A stretch of 37,327 bases of DNA from an uncultured Burkholderiales bacterium (GTDB taxonomy: Bacteria; Pseudomonadota; Gammaproteobacteria; Burkholderiales; Usitatibacteraceae): NCBI GenBank assembly GCA_964617435.1, contig CAZTYC010000001.1, positions 859 through 38,185 of the forward strand, read 5' to 3'. Position 1 is the stretch's first letter; each line of letters opens with the position of its first letter. A model generated the notes under the pieces. That model did not search any database. It was not told the origin of the DNA and saw only the letters and a list, made by a program, of their open reading frames with translations. The position numbers were made by a program, and so were the translations under genes. This document shows, piece by piece, positions 1 to 9,200 of the stretch.

Positions 1-1442
1 CGGCCGACGTCCTTGGCGCGGTCGATGATCTTGAGCTGACCCTCGGCATCGAAGAATCCGGCGTCCCCGGTGTGGAACCAGCCGTCCGCGTCCTTCACCT
101 CGCGGGTCGCCTCGGGATTCTTGTAATACGCGGTGAACAGCCCCGGCGTCTTGAGCAGGATCTCCCCGCTCTCCTGGATCCGGATCTCGACGCCCGGCAG
201 CGGCGCGCCCACGGTGTCCGCCTTGACCTTGCCATTGGCCTGCACGCAGGCGTAGACGGTGGTCTCGGTCTGGCCGTAGAGCTGCTTCATGTTGATGCCG
301 ATGGAGCGGTAGAACACGAACAGATCCGGGCCGATGGCCTCGCCCGCGGTGTACGCCACGCGCACGCGGCTCATGCCCAGGGCGTTGCGCAGCGGGCCGT
401 AGACGCAGAGGTCGCCCGCCGAATACAACAGGCGGTCGAAGGCGCCCACGTTACCCGCGCCCTCAAGCAGCTGCGCGCCGACGCGCCGCGCATGCGCCAT
501 GAAGAAATCGAACATCTTCTTCTTGATCCAGCCGGCGTCCTCCATGCGGATCATCACGGTGGTCAGCAGGCCCTCGAGCACGCGCGGTGGCGCAAAGTAA
601 TACGTGGGGCCGATTTCCTTCATGTCGGTCATCACCGTCTCGGCCGACTCCGGGCACGAAACGCAGAACCCAGTCACCATGGACTGCGAGTAGGAAAACA
701 GGTTCTGGCCGATCCAGGCCATCGGCAGGTAGGCGAGGATCTCCTCGTGGTCGGTCAGCCCCTCGAACTCGCAATATGCGCGGCCGGCGGCAATCATCGC
801 GGCGTGGGTCAGCTCGACGCCTTTCGGGTTGCCGGTGGTACCGGAGGTGAAGAACAGCGCCGCCATGTCGCCGGGCCTGCCCAGCGCAATCTCATGCTCG
901 ACGTACGCCGGGTGCGCGGACAAATGTTCCTTGCCCGCCGCGTTGAGATCCGCAAACGACATCAATCCCGGCTCGTTGTAACGGCGCATGCCGCGCAGGT
1001 CGTCATACACGATGTGCGCCAGATCGGGGCACTGGCCGCGGATCTCGATCAGCTTGTCGGTTTGCTCCTGGTCTTCCACCAGGGCAAAGCGCACCGCGGC
1101 GTTCTTGAGCGCAAAGACCATCTCCTGCGCCACGGCATCCTGGTAGAACGGCACCGGCACGCCGCCGAGGCATTGCGCGGCGGTCATGGCCCAATACAGG
1201 CGCGGGCGGTTTTCGCCGATGATGGCCAACGCATCGCCGCGCTTGAAACCCAGCGACGCGAGGCCGGCGGCGAGCTGCAGGACTTCCGCATGCACCTGCC
1301 GCCACGTCCACGTCTGCCAGATGCCCAGGTCCTTTTCGCGCATCGCCGGGCGCGCGCCACGCACGTCGGCATGGTGGGCGAGCAACCGGGGAAACGTCAG
1401 CGCATCGCTGCGGCCCTCCCCTTGCGTTGCGGCGTCCTCCAT
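1..1442 (-). CDS. AMP-dependent acyl-CoA synthetase/ligase (long-chain-fatty-acid--CoA ligase-like); the 3' end runs off the window
   Basis: The reverse-strand frame is open from ATG (1442-1440) to position 1. The translation MEDAATQGEG... contains FFTSGTTGNPKGV (AMP-binding signature) and DGWFHTGDAGFFDAEGQLKIIDRAKD at the window edge. The listed + ORF 72..1517 is its Arg/Ala-rich antisense shadow. Confidence 0.88.
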   Translation of the reverse strand, partial: MEDAATQGEGRSDALTFPRLLAHHADVRGARPAMREKDLGIWQTWTWRQVHAEVLQLAAGLASLGFKRGDALAIIGENRPRLYWAMTAAQCLGGVPVPFYQDAVAQEMVFALKNAAVRFALVEDQEQTDKLIEIRGQCPDLAHIVYDDLRGMRRYNEPGLMSFADLNAAGKEHLSAHPAYVEHEIALGRPGDMAALFFTSGTTGNPKGVELTHAAMIAAGRAYCEFEGLTDHEEILAYLPMAWIGQNLFSYSQSMVTGFCVSCPESAETVMTDMKEIGPTYYFAPPRVLEGLLTTVMIRMEDAGWIKKKMFDFFMAHARRVGAQLLEGAGNVGAFDRLLYSAGDLCVYGPLRNALGMSRVRVAYTAGEAIGPDLFVFYRSIGINMKQLYGQTETTVYACVQANGKVKADTVGAPLPGVEIRIQESGEILLKTPGLFTAYYKNPEATREVKDADGWFHTGDAGFFDAEGQLKIIDRAKDVG

Positions 1443-1528
1443 CCTTGCGTCTCCCGGCGGGTGTCGTGGCTTACGGCTGACTTGAATCCGCAGTCTAAAC
1501 GCGCTTCGGCGCTATAGTTGTCGCCGCA

Positions 1529-2239
1529 ATGACAATCTCCATGACGCAGCGCAACATCGCCGAGCCCAGCCGCTTCCAGCGCCATTTGCGCGCCACGCGC
1601 TGGGCCGCTTCACTGCCGGCCGAGGAACTGCAGCGCATCGAAACGGAAACGCAAATCCGGCGCGTGCGCGCCGGCGCGACGGTCTGCAAGAAGGGCGAGC
1701 CGGTGGACCATTGGATCGGCGTGGTGTCGGGTCTGGCCAAGATGAGCCTGTTCTCCGCCGAGGGCAAGCTGACCTCGCTCACCGGCCTGCCGCCGGGCGC
1801 GTGGTTTGGCGAGGGCTCGCTGCTCAAGACCGGACCGCGCCTCTACGACATCCTGGCCCTGCGCGACAGCGAGATCGCCTACCTGCCGCGCAGCACGTTT
1901 TTCCGGCTGCTGGACACGCACCTCACGTTCAACCGTTTCCTGATCATCCAGCTCAATGAGCGGCTCGGCCAGTTCATTTCGCTGGTCGAGGGTGAACGCC
2001 TGCTCGAGCCGGACGCACGCGTCGCGCGCTGCCTTGCCAACCTGTTCAACCCGGTGCTCTACCCCGGCCTCGGCGCCAAGCTCGACATTTCCCAGGAGGA
2101 AATCGGCCTGCTCGCGGGCGTGTCCCGCCAACGCGTCAACCAGTCGCTGCGCGTGTTGGAAAACGCGGGGTTGTTGCGCATCGAATACGCCGGGCTTACG
2201 GTCACCGACCTTGGGGGTCTGCAGCACTTCGGCGCGTAG
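1529..2239 (+). CDS. Crp/Fnr-family transcriptional regulator (cNMP-binding domain plus C-terminal HTH)
   Basis: 236-aa ORF. It has a cyclic-nucleotide-binding-like core (GEPVDHWIGVVSGLAKMS...GAWFGEGSLL) and a C-terminal HTH (ISQEEIGLLAGVSRQRVNQSLRVLENAGLL). It is divergent from the acyl-CoA synthetase gene. Confidence 0.88.
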   Translation: MTISMTQRNIAEPSRFQRHLRATRWAASLPAEELQRIETETQIRRVRAGATVCKKGEPVDHWIGVVSGLAKMSLFSAEGKLTSLTGLPPGAWFGEGSLLKTGPRLYDILALRDSEIAYLPRSTFFRLLDTHLTFNRFLIIQLNERLGQFISLVEGERLLEPDARVARCLANLFNPVLYPGLGAKLDISQEEIGLLAGVSRQRVNQSLRVLENAGLLRIEYAGLTVTDLGGLQHFGA

Positions 2240-2469
2240 TTCCCTCACGATGTTTTCGGAGCGCCGTGCGCGACCACATCAACATGGTGCCGTCGCAAGT
2301 GCCGCACACGAAATGGCACGACGGACTAGCTCTCGCCGGCTTGCCGCACTCTGAAAATAGTTGCGGGATTGTTCACAAAGACACGTGATCGCGCGCTTTC
2401 GTTGGCGCTGCCGATGCACGATCGTATGCTCGACTCCCATCTGTTTCCGGGACTGAAAGTGATCGGGGC

Positions 2470-3417
2470 ATGACCGCGCTGGCAAGCGATGCAATCACGG
2501 ATCTCGACCGGCTGCTGCCGTTCCTGGACAGCTTGCCGCTGCCCTTGATCGTCGGCCAGTCCACCGGGCCGCGCGCGGACGGCATCCGTCCCTGGCGGAC
2601 GCTTTTCGTCAACCAGCGCTTTCGCCAGGTCCTCGGCTATGCGGTGGATGAAATTGCCGACGGCCAACGATGGAACGAGCGTGTGTACCCGGATCCGGAC
2701 TATCGCCGCGAGCGCCTCGCCGAGGTGGCGCGGCAATCAACCACTGCCGGAATTGGCGGCGCGGACGAATTTGTGGCCTCCGTGGTGCGCCTGCGCTGCA
2801 AGGACGGCCTGGACCGCTGGTTCGAGATTTCCAAGAACTACGGCAGCATCCACAGCGGCGGCTACTTCGTCACCACTTTCACCGATGTGACGGCCCTGCG
2901 CAATGCGCAGACCGAGATCGAGCGCCTGGCGCGCACCGACGACCTGACCGGCCTGCCCAACCGCCGCGCGCTGCAGGATGCGATGGCGCTTGCGCAGTCG
3001 CGACGGTTGCGCAGCGGCAATCCGGTGGTGTGCGCCATGGCGGACATCGACCGCTTCAAGTCGATCAACGACACCCACGGCCACGACTGCGGCGACGAGG
3101 TGCTCGTGCAGGTGGCGCGCGCGCTGGCCGGCGCCGGGCGCAGCACGGACCTCATCGGCCGCTGGGGCGGCGAGGAATTCTGCCTCCTGCTGTGCGACAG
3201 CGCCTTGGACGCTGCGATAGTCCTGATTGACCGCGCGCGGCGCAACCTGACCGTGCGGCCCCCGCAGTGGCAGGGCCAGACGATGCCGGTGACCCTCACC
3301 TTCGGGGTCGCCGTTTGCCGGAGTGGCGAAACGATGGACAGCGCCCTCAGCCGCGCGGATGCGGCCATGCTGGCGGGAAAGCGTGCCGGACGGGACCGGG
3401 TGATGACCGCCGAGTGA
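2470..3417 (+). CDS. PAS-like sensor diguanylate cyclase (GGDEF domain, GGEEF active site, RxxD I-site)
   Basis: 315-aa ORF with DDLTGLPNRR, DIDRFKSINDTHGHDCGDEVL and RSTDLIGRWGGEEFCLLL. RSTD lies five residues before GGEEF. The N-terminal ~140 aa look PAS-like. Confidence 0.9.
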   Translation: MTALASDAITDLDRLLPFLDSLPLPLIVGQSTGPRADGIRPWRTLFVNQRFRQVLGYAVDEIADGQRWNERVYPDPDYRRERLAEVARQSTTAGIGGADEFVASVVRLRCKDGLDRWFEISKNYGSIHSGGYFVTTFTDVTALRNAQTEIERLARTDDLTGLPNRRALQDAMALAQSRRLRSGNPVVCAMADIDRFKSINDTHGHDCGDEVLVQVARALAGAGRSTDLIGRWGGEEFCLLLCDSALDAAIVLIDRARRNLTVRPPQWQGQTMPVTLTFGVAVCRSGETMDSALSRADAAMLAGKRAGRDRVMTAE

Positions 3418-3434
3418 GCAGGCGAGTATCCGCC

Positions 3435-3815
3435 TCAATGCCAGAGGCCGAGGATCGCTCCGAACAACAAGAACTGGACCGTGTGATACCCGCCGTCGAT
3501 CAGCCACATCCGCGTCGAGCGCTGGGCGAACTGGTAGTTGATCCCGAAGCTGGTCGCCACGAATCCCAAGCCGGCGATCAGTCCGGTCCGCAGGGCCGCT
3601 TCCAAGGATGGATTCGGCCCCAGGAGCCAGGCAAAGCACGCTGCGGCCACCAGGGAAAAGGCGAAGCTCACGGCAAACACCCGGCCGGCATGCCCCGGCT
3701 TTTCCTGCACCCCATTGTCGGCATTCCACAGGCGCCCAAACAGCGCGGGCGAGTACCACAGGCCGCCGAGGGCAAAACTGCTGGCGGCGGCAACCAGGAC
3801 GGCATAGACATTCAT
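3435..3815 (-). CDS. DUF1761-family small membrane protein
   Basis: The internal Met at 3815 gives MNVYAVLVAAASSFALGGLWYSPALFGRLW..., the typical DUF1761 N-terminus, followed by 3-4 hydrophobic helices. The upstream 31 codons of the listed ORF look non-coding. Confidence 0.7.
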   Translation of the reverse strand: MNVYAVLVAAASSFALGGLWYSPALFGRLWNADNGVQEKPGHAGRVFAVSFAFSLVAAACFAWLLGPNPSLEAALRTGLIAGLGFVATSFGINYQFAQRSTRMWLIDGGYHTVQFLLFGAILGLWH

Positions 3816-4038
3816 TCGCAGCTCCCTATTGCGGATTTGGAGGATGAAAGAATGCCATGCCGTGCCGCCATGTGCGATCGGAACGATGCTGCTGATCCTG
3901 GCCTCCAATTTTCACATGGTGCTTGAAGGCGTGTCCGTGCCCATTCGTCCCGGGCCAACTGCGGATGCGCCATTCGCCCTATGATTGCTCCCTGCCCCAA
4001 GGCAAAATGTCTACACAACGACTTGCACGCAAACGCCC

Positions 4039-4647
4039 ATGACCACTCCCCGCCCCATCGATTTCTATTTCGATTTTTCCTCCCCCTACGGCTACCTGGC
4101 GTCCACGCGCATCAACGCGATTGCCGCCAACCACGGCCGGCGCGTGAACTGGCGGCCCATCCTGCTCGGCCCGATGTTCAAGGCCGTCGGCACGGCGCCA
4201 TTGGTGGGACTGCCCTTGAAGGGGCCGTATTCGATCCACGATTTCATCCGGTCCGCGCGCTATTACCGCGTGCCCTACAAGCAGCCCGACCCGTTTCCCA
4301 TCGGTACGCAGAATGCGGCGCGCGCTTTCTATTGGATCCAGGATCGCGACCCCCTGCGCGCCTGCCAGTTCGCGCAGGCCTGCTATGCGGAGTACTTCGG
4401 CCGCGGCATCGACATTTCCTCGGCCGAGAAAGTTGCCGACCTGGCCGCATCGTTGGGCGAAGATCGCGCGGCCACCCTCGCCGCCATGCAGGACCCGGCA
4501 ATCAAGGAGCGCATGAAAAACGAAAACGATGCGGCGCTGGCCCGCGGCGTGTTCGGCTCACCTTTCATCTTCGTGGACGACGAGCCGTTCTGGGGAAACG
4601 ACCGCCTCGACCAGGTGGATGCCTGGCTCGCCACAGGCGGTTTCTGA
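4039..4647 (+). CDS. 2-hydroxychromene-2-carboxylate isomerase-like DsbA/thioredoxin-fold protein
   Basis: Starting at ATG 4039, the translation is MTTPRPIDFYFDFSSPYGYLAS...GVFGSPFIFVDDEPFWGNDRLDQV, the characteristic HCCA isomerase/DsbA-like pattern. Confidence 0.85.
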   Translation: MTTPRPIDFYFDFSSPYGYLASTRINAIAANHGRRVNWRPILLGPMFKAVGTAPLVGLPLKGPYSIHDFIRSARYYRVPYKQPDPFPIGTQNAARAFYWIQDRDPLRACQFAQACYAEYFGRGIDISSAEKVADLAASLGEDRAATLAAMQDPAIKERMKNENDAALARGVFGSPFIFVDDEPFWGNDRLDQVDAWLATGGF

Positions 4648-4690
4648 GCGCCGCGAAAGCGGTTTGGCGAAGCCGAGTTCTCTCAGCGAA

Positions 4691-5302
4691 TCAGCGCGCG
4701 TCCGCTGCCAGGAGCGCCGCCCAGTCCTCGCGCCGGATGCGTGCGACCGGCACGGCATTCCCGGCCTTTGGCAGGAACACGATCATCTCCAGCAGTTCAA
4801 GATGCATCCAGTCGGCGCGGTCCTTGCCGCCGTGCACATGCGACACCAGGATGGCATTGGTTCCGGGCGCGGGCGTTTCCGACAGCAGCGCGCGGCGCGC
4901 GGCGCCGGGGGGGAGCGCACCCGTCTCGGAACCGGCGTTCAGGCCCTTGGCGATCTCGGCGTTTCCAAAGCCCAGGCGCCTTGCGGTTTCCCGGTTTCGG
5001 CAGGGCTCGGAACTCAGAATCCGGCCTACCGGGACTTTCAAGGCACGCAACGCCGCCGCCACCTCAGCCGTGCTGCTGATGCCCACGGGCGTCAAAGCCG
5101 GCTTGGAACAATCTTCGATCTCCTCCGGCGGATACTGCGCGGCATGCCGGATATAGAGGTTGTACCCGCCCTTGCCGAGCGCCTGCACAAGCGCGGCGCC
5201 CTCCAGCCGGTGCGCTGCGTCCACGACGGGCAGCACGGGCGGCGTCCCGGGTGCCTGCGCGAGCACGCCAACTGACCAGAGCAACACCAAGGCCATGCGC
5301 AT
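4691..5302 (-). CDS. Secreted histidine-phosphatase-superfamily protein (SixA/phosphoglycerate-mutase-like), paralog 1
   Basis: 203 aa. It has a signal peptide (MRMALVLLWSVGVLAQA), GGYNLYIRHA (RH catalytic motif), SSEPCRNRETAR and VSHVH. Its ATG overlaps the TGA of the upstream ligase gene (TGATG on the minus strand at 5300-5304). Confidence 0.75.
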   Translation of the reverse strand: MRMALVLLWSVGVLAQAPGTPPVLPVVDAAHRLEGAALVQALGKGGYNLYIRHAAQYPPEEIEDCSKPALTPVGISSTAEVAAALRALKVPVGRILSSEPCRNRETARRLGFGNAEIAKGLNAGSETGALPPGAARRALLSETPAPGTNAILVSHVHGGKDRADWMHLELLEMIVFLPKAGNAVPVARIRREDWAALLAADAR

Positions 5303-6195
5303 CAGAATTTCTCCCGCACGCGAAGGAACGACGCAAAGCGCGGCAGCCCGGAATTGGTCAGCCCGCGATAGGTATAGGTGATTTCCGTGCCGATCGCTGG
5401 GGGGTTGGCGCGCTGTTCATCGGTGAAGCCGGTGCCGATGTTGAACTCGCGCCCGTCGGGCATCCGCACCCGCAATGCGCCCATCCGGCCGGCATGTCGA
5501 CCCTTGCCGGGAATGATGCCGACGACCGTGGCCTCGGTGTCTTCCAGCGGCTTCAATTTGTAAAGCGCGTCACTGCGGCCCGTGATGTAGGGCGCATCCG
5601 CACGGTGCAGCATCAGCCCTTCGCCGCCGCCCTTGACGACTTCGTCGAGCTTCTTCTTCAGCGCCTTCCGGTCCGCCACGCGGAATTGTTCCACCGCCCT
5701 GAGTTGCGGCCACGCTGCTGCCTCCGCAATGGCACGGATGCGCGCCGCACGCGCTTCGAACGTGTCCGGCGCGCCGGGCAGTTCGAACACCAGGTATTTC
5801 ACCTCGCGCCATTCGGCGTCGACGGGCTCGCTCTTGCGCACGATGCCGGACAGGCGCTCGAACTGGCCGCGCGCGATCCACAGCTCTCCATCCAGCGCGA
5901 TGTCGGGCAGCCGTTCAAGGAACCATTTCGGCGCGTTCACGACATTGCCGCTGCGGAAACGCAACACCTTGCCATCCCACACGGCGCGCACACCGTCGAA
6001 TTTCTCGCTGACCAGGTAGTCGCGCGGATCGACATGCGCGGGCAACACTTTGGCCAGCAGCAGGTCCGGCGCCGCACGCGAGGGCGTGCAGGCGAGCAAC
6101 ACAAAAAGCCCAAGACCAAGAAGCCAAACCCAAGCACTGGCGCGGCCCGCAGGGCGAAACTGTCCGGAAGCGCCCGTCCCGTCTGGACTTTTCAT
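5302..6195 (-). CDS. ligE: Minimal ATP-dependent DNA ligase with an N-terminal signal peptide (Lig E-type periplasmic/secreted ligase)
   Basis: The ATG at 6195 gives MKSPDG...AWVWLLGLGLFVLLACTPSRAAP (signal peptide, possibly lipobox-like LLAC). It continues with VSEKFDGVRA (KxDG adenylation motif, Lys codon 6001-6003), EGLMLHR, LYKLKP and the C-terminal OB-like part. The product is 297 aa, and the start lies 8 nt after the stop of the giant gene. The listed 991-aa ORF 5302..8277 is real only in this last part. Confidence 0.85.
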   Translation of the reverse strand: MKSPDGTGASGQFRPAGRASAWVWLLGLGLFVLLACTPSRAAPDLLLAKVLPAHVDPRDYLVSEKFDGVRAVWDGKVLRFRSGNVVNAPKWFLERLPDIALDGELWIARGQFERLSGIVRKSEPVDAEWREVKYLVFELPGAPDTFEARAARIRAIAEAAAWPQLRAVEQFRVADRKALKKKLDEVVKGGGEGLMLHRADAPYITGRSDALYKLKPLEDTEATVVGIIPGKGRHAGRMGALRVRMPDGREFNIGTGFTDEQRANPPAIGTEITYTYRGLTNSGLPRFASFLRVREKF

Positions 6196-6203
6196 GCCGC
6201 CCC

Positions 6204-9200
6204 CTAGGGAATCGTCCGCCCTGCGCGCGCCTTCGACGTGCTGACGTCTGCGGCGGAGATGGTCCCGCTGGCATTGATGTCGAGTTTGAAATTCGACGCG
6301 TCCACCGGCGTATTCCCGCTCCTGGCCTTGACGGCCGCGATGTCTGCGGCAGTGACCTTGCCCGTGCCGTTGACATCCCCCGGGAGGAAGCCGACCGCCA
6401 CCGCCGCGTTGACACTGCCGCCGGCATTCGTCAATTGCACCGTCAGCCGTGTGGCCTCCGGCACATTGGCCAGCGTGACCACGGCTTCGCTGCCGTTGGC
6501 CACGACCGAGGCGTTGATCCCCGCATAGGTCATGCCGGCCGCATCCAGCACACTGACCGTCCCCGGATTCCCGCCCAGCGAGCCGGTGAACACGAACACG
6601 ATCTGGTGGCCCGCGCCGATCACGCGCGGCTCTACGGTATAGGCGCCGTTGACATCGACACCAACGGCAAGCGGGAGAATGCCGGCAAAGCCGCCGTGCT
6701 GCTTGCGCGATTCGACGCGGTCGAGCGCGATGGGCGCAAACGGTGTCACGTCCACCGTCGCCGACGCCGCCCCTGTGCCCGCCGAATTCATCGCGGTCAC
6801 GGAGCAGGTATAGGTGACGCCGTTGGACAGGCCGCTCACCAGGATAGGCGAACCGGCGGCACTGGCTGTCTTCATGCCCGGATTGCAGGTGACGGTGTAG
6901 CCGAGGATGGCGCTGCCGCCGTTGCTCGCCGGTGGCGAGAACACGATGCTGGCCGCACCATCGAGTTCGTCGGGAATGCCGATGGTGGGCGCGCCGGGAA
7001 CAGTCACCGCCGCGGGCGTGACATCCAACGCGCTCGAGGCCGGGCCGATTCCCATGTTGGCCGCCGCGGCATTGCGCGCCGTGACAGAACAGGAATAGGT
7101 GACGTTGTTCGCCAACCCGGTCACCGTGATCGGCCCGTTCGCCGCAGTCCCGGTGCGCGTCGTCTGGCCCGATGCCGTGCAAGTGACGGTGTAATCGATG
7201 ATCGCGCTGCCGCCGTTCGAAGCGGGCACCCCGAAGGAGACCTGCGCCTGCGCGTTCCCCGGCGTGGCGGTGCCGATGACGGGCATCCCGGGCGGAACGG
7301 GCGTGATCGTCACATTCTGGGTGGCTTGCGAGGCCGCCGCGTAGTTGGCATTGCCGGCCTGGTTGGCCGCAATGGTGCAGGTGCCGCCGAACACCATCGT
7401 CACCGTGGTGCCGCTCACCGTGCAAACCGGAGAGGTGATGGAGGAATACGTCACCGGATTGCCGGACCCGCCGCCGGAGGCCAATGGATTGATCGGGAAA
7501 GGGCCGCCGGGCACGAAGGATTGCGAAGACGGCGACTGGGAGGCAAAGGTGATCGTCTGTGCGGCGGGGGCGATGGTCAGCGTCAACGGCGCCATGCCGG
7601 TACCGCCGGCATTGGTCGCCGAAATCGTTGCGTTGAACACACCGCCTGCGCCAGCGGTGCCGGAAATCGCGCCGGTCATCGTGTCGAGGACGAGTCCAGT
7701 GGGCAAGCCGGCAGCGCCAAAGGAAGTCGGTGTTCCCGTGGCCAGGATCTGGTAACTGAACGGTGCATTGAAGGTGCCATTCGCCGTCGCGGCGCTGGTA
7801 ATCGACGGCGCACCAGGCAATACGGTGATCGTGACCTGGACCGGATCTCCATCGACATTCGGACTGGTTCGCTTGCCGCGATAGGTAAAGGAGTCGATGC
7901 CGGCAAAGCCCGGGTTGGGCGTGTAGGTGGCGACGGTGCCAGCAAAGGTGCCCAGCATGCCGTTGGTGGGAGGCGTCACCACCTCCACGTCCGTGAAGGC
8001 GGACCACGCCTGGCCGGTCAGGTGGATGTGGCTCGCCACGTCCACCTGCACAGGCGAGTTCTGCGACGTGCTGGGCGCATTCGCTGGCAACTGGTCGCGA
8101 ATGAACACGGCGATCGCGGCCAGTTCCGACTGCGTCAGGTTTTGCACCGGCGGGGAGATGGCCATCAACGGTTGCGCGGTACGCACATGCTGCAGCACTG
8201 TGGCGGTGCTGCCGGCGCCGTTGAGCTGGTTTCCGGAAGGCGAGGCGGCATGGCAGTTTGCGCACACGCTGGTCCACAGGGCGCTGCCGTTGGCCGACGT
8301 GGGCGTGACCATGACGCTGCCGGAGGGGCCGCTGGTCTTGCCGGCCTGGTTGGTTGCCGTCACGCTACAGGTGTAGGGCGTGCCGTTGGAAAGTCCACCG
8401 ACGGTCACCGGAGAAGCGGAATTGTTTCCAGTCACTCCGCCGGGGTTGCAGGTGGCGGTGTAGGTGGCGATGGCACTACCGCCCGCGCTCGAGGGCGGCG
8501 TGAAATTGAGGGTCGCGGCCATGTCGGAACCGCTGGCCACGCCGATTACAGGCGCCCCCGGGGCAATGGCATCAATGGTGACGCTCTGCGTGACCTGGGT
8601 CGCGGCATTGTAGTTGGCGTCCCCAGCCTGATTCGCCGCAATCGTGCATACGCCCGCGCTCAACGTATTAACGTTGTTGCCGGCCATGGTGCACACCGCC
8701 GGCGTGGTGGTGCTGTAGCTGATGGGCAATGCCGAAGTCGCAAAAGCCACGGGCGACAGCGCGAAGGGCGTAGTGCTGAAGTTGCGCGGGCTTGCCTGCG
8801 CGCTGAAGGTAATGGTCTGCCCCGCCTTGGCGATGGTGAACGCGCGCGTGACATCGTTGGCGGCCAGGTAGTCCGCGTTGCCCGCCTGGGCGGCCGTGAT
8901 CGAGCAGACACCGGGGGCGACCGTGGTCAGGTTGGCACCGGACACGGTGCAGACGGCCGGCGTGTTGCTGCTCAGGGTCACCGCCAGGCCCGAGGACGAA
9001 CTCGCCGCGAGGGGAATCGGGGCCTGCGCGTAGCTTTGCGTGCCCGGATTGGCAAAGCTGATCGTTTGGGCGACCTTGGCAACCGTCAGCGTGAACGACT
9101 GCATCACCGTGCCGGTTGCGTTTGTGGCGGTGAAGGTCAGCGGATACGGCGACGCGTTCGCGGTGCCGCTCGCGGGCAAACCGGACAGCACACCGGTCGC

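Noticed and set aside
72-1517. 481-aa + strand ORF at the window start
   Set aside because: It is the antisense shadow of the acyl-CoA synthetase. Only the minus-strand frame gives the AMP-binding signatures (TSGTTGNPKG, GWFHTGD).
1518-1535. Inverted repeat TTGTC-N8-GACAA overlapping the crp-family start codon
   Set aside because: It has only 5-bp arms, overlaps the ATG and matches no known operator consensus. It is likely chance.
2371-2390. TCACA-N6-CGTGA element upstream of the GGDEF gene, as a possible CRP site
   Set aside because: The half-sites are in the wrong order relative to the CRP consensus (TGTGA-N6-TCACA), and one half is imperfect.
4648-4690. Possible terminator hairpin (CCGC-GAAA-GCGG followed by TTTGG) between convergent genes
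   Set aside because: The stem has only about 4-5 bp and the T-tract is weak. That is not enough to call a terminator.
5302-8277. 991-aa minus-strand ORF suggesting a large ligase fusion protein
   Set aside because: Only the last 297 codons (from ATG 6195) are ligase-like. The upstream part is an out-of-frame read through the 3' end of the giant gene, Arg/His/Cys-rich and without motifs.
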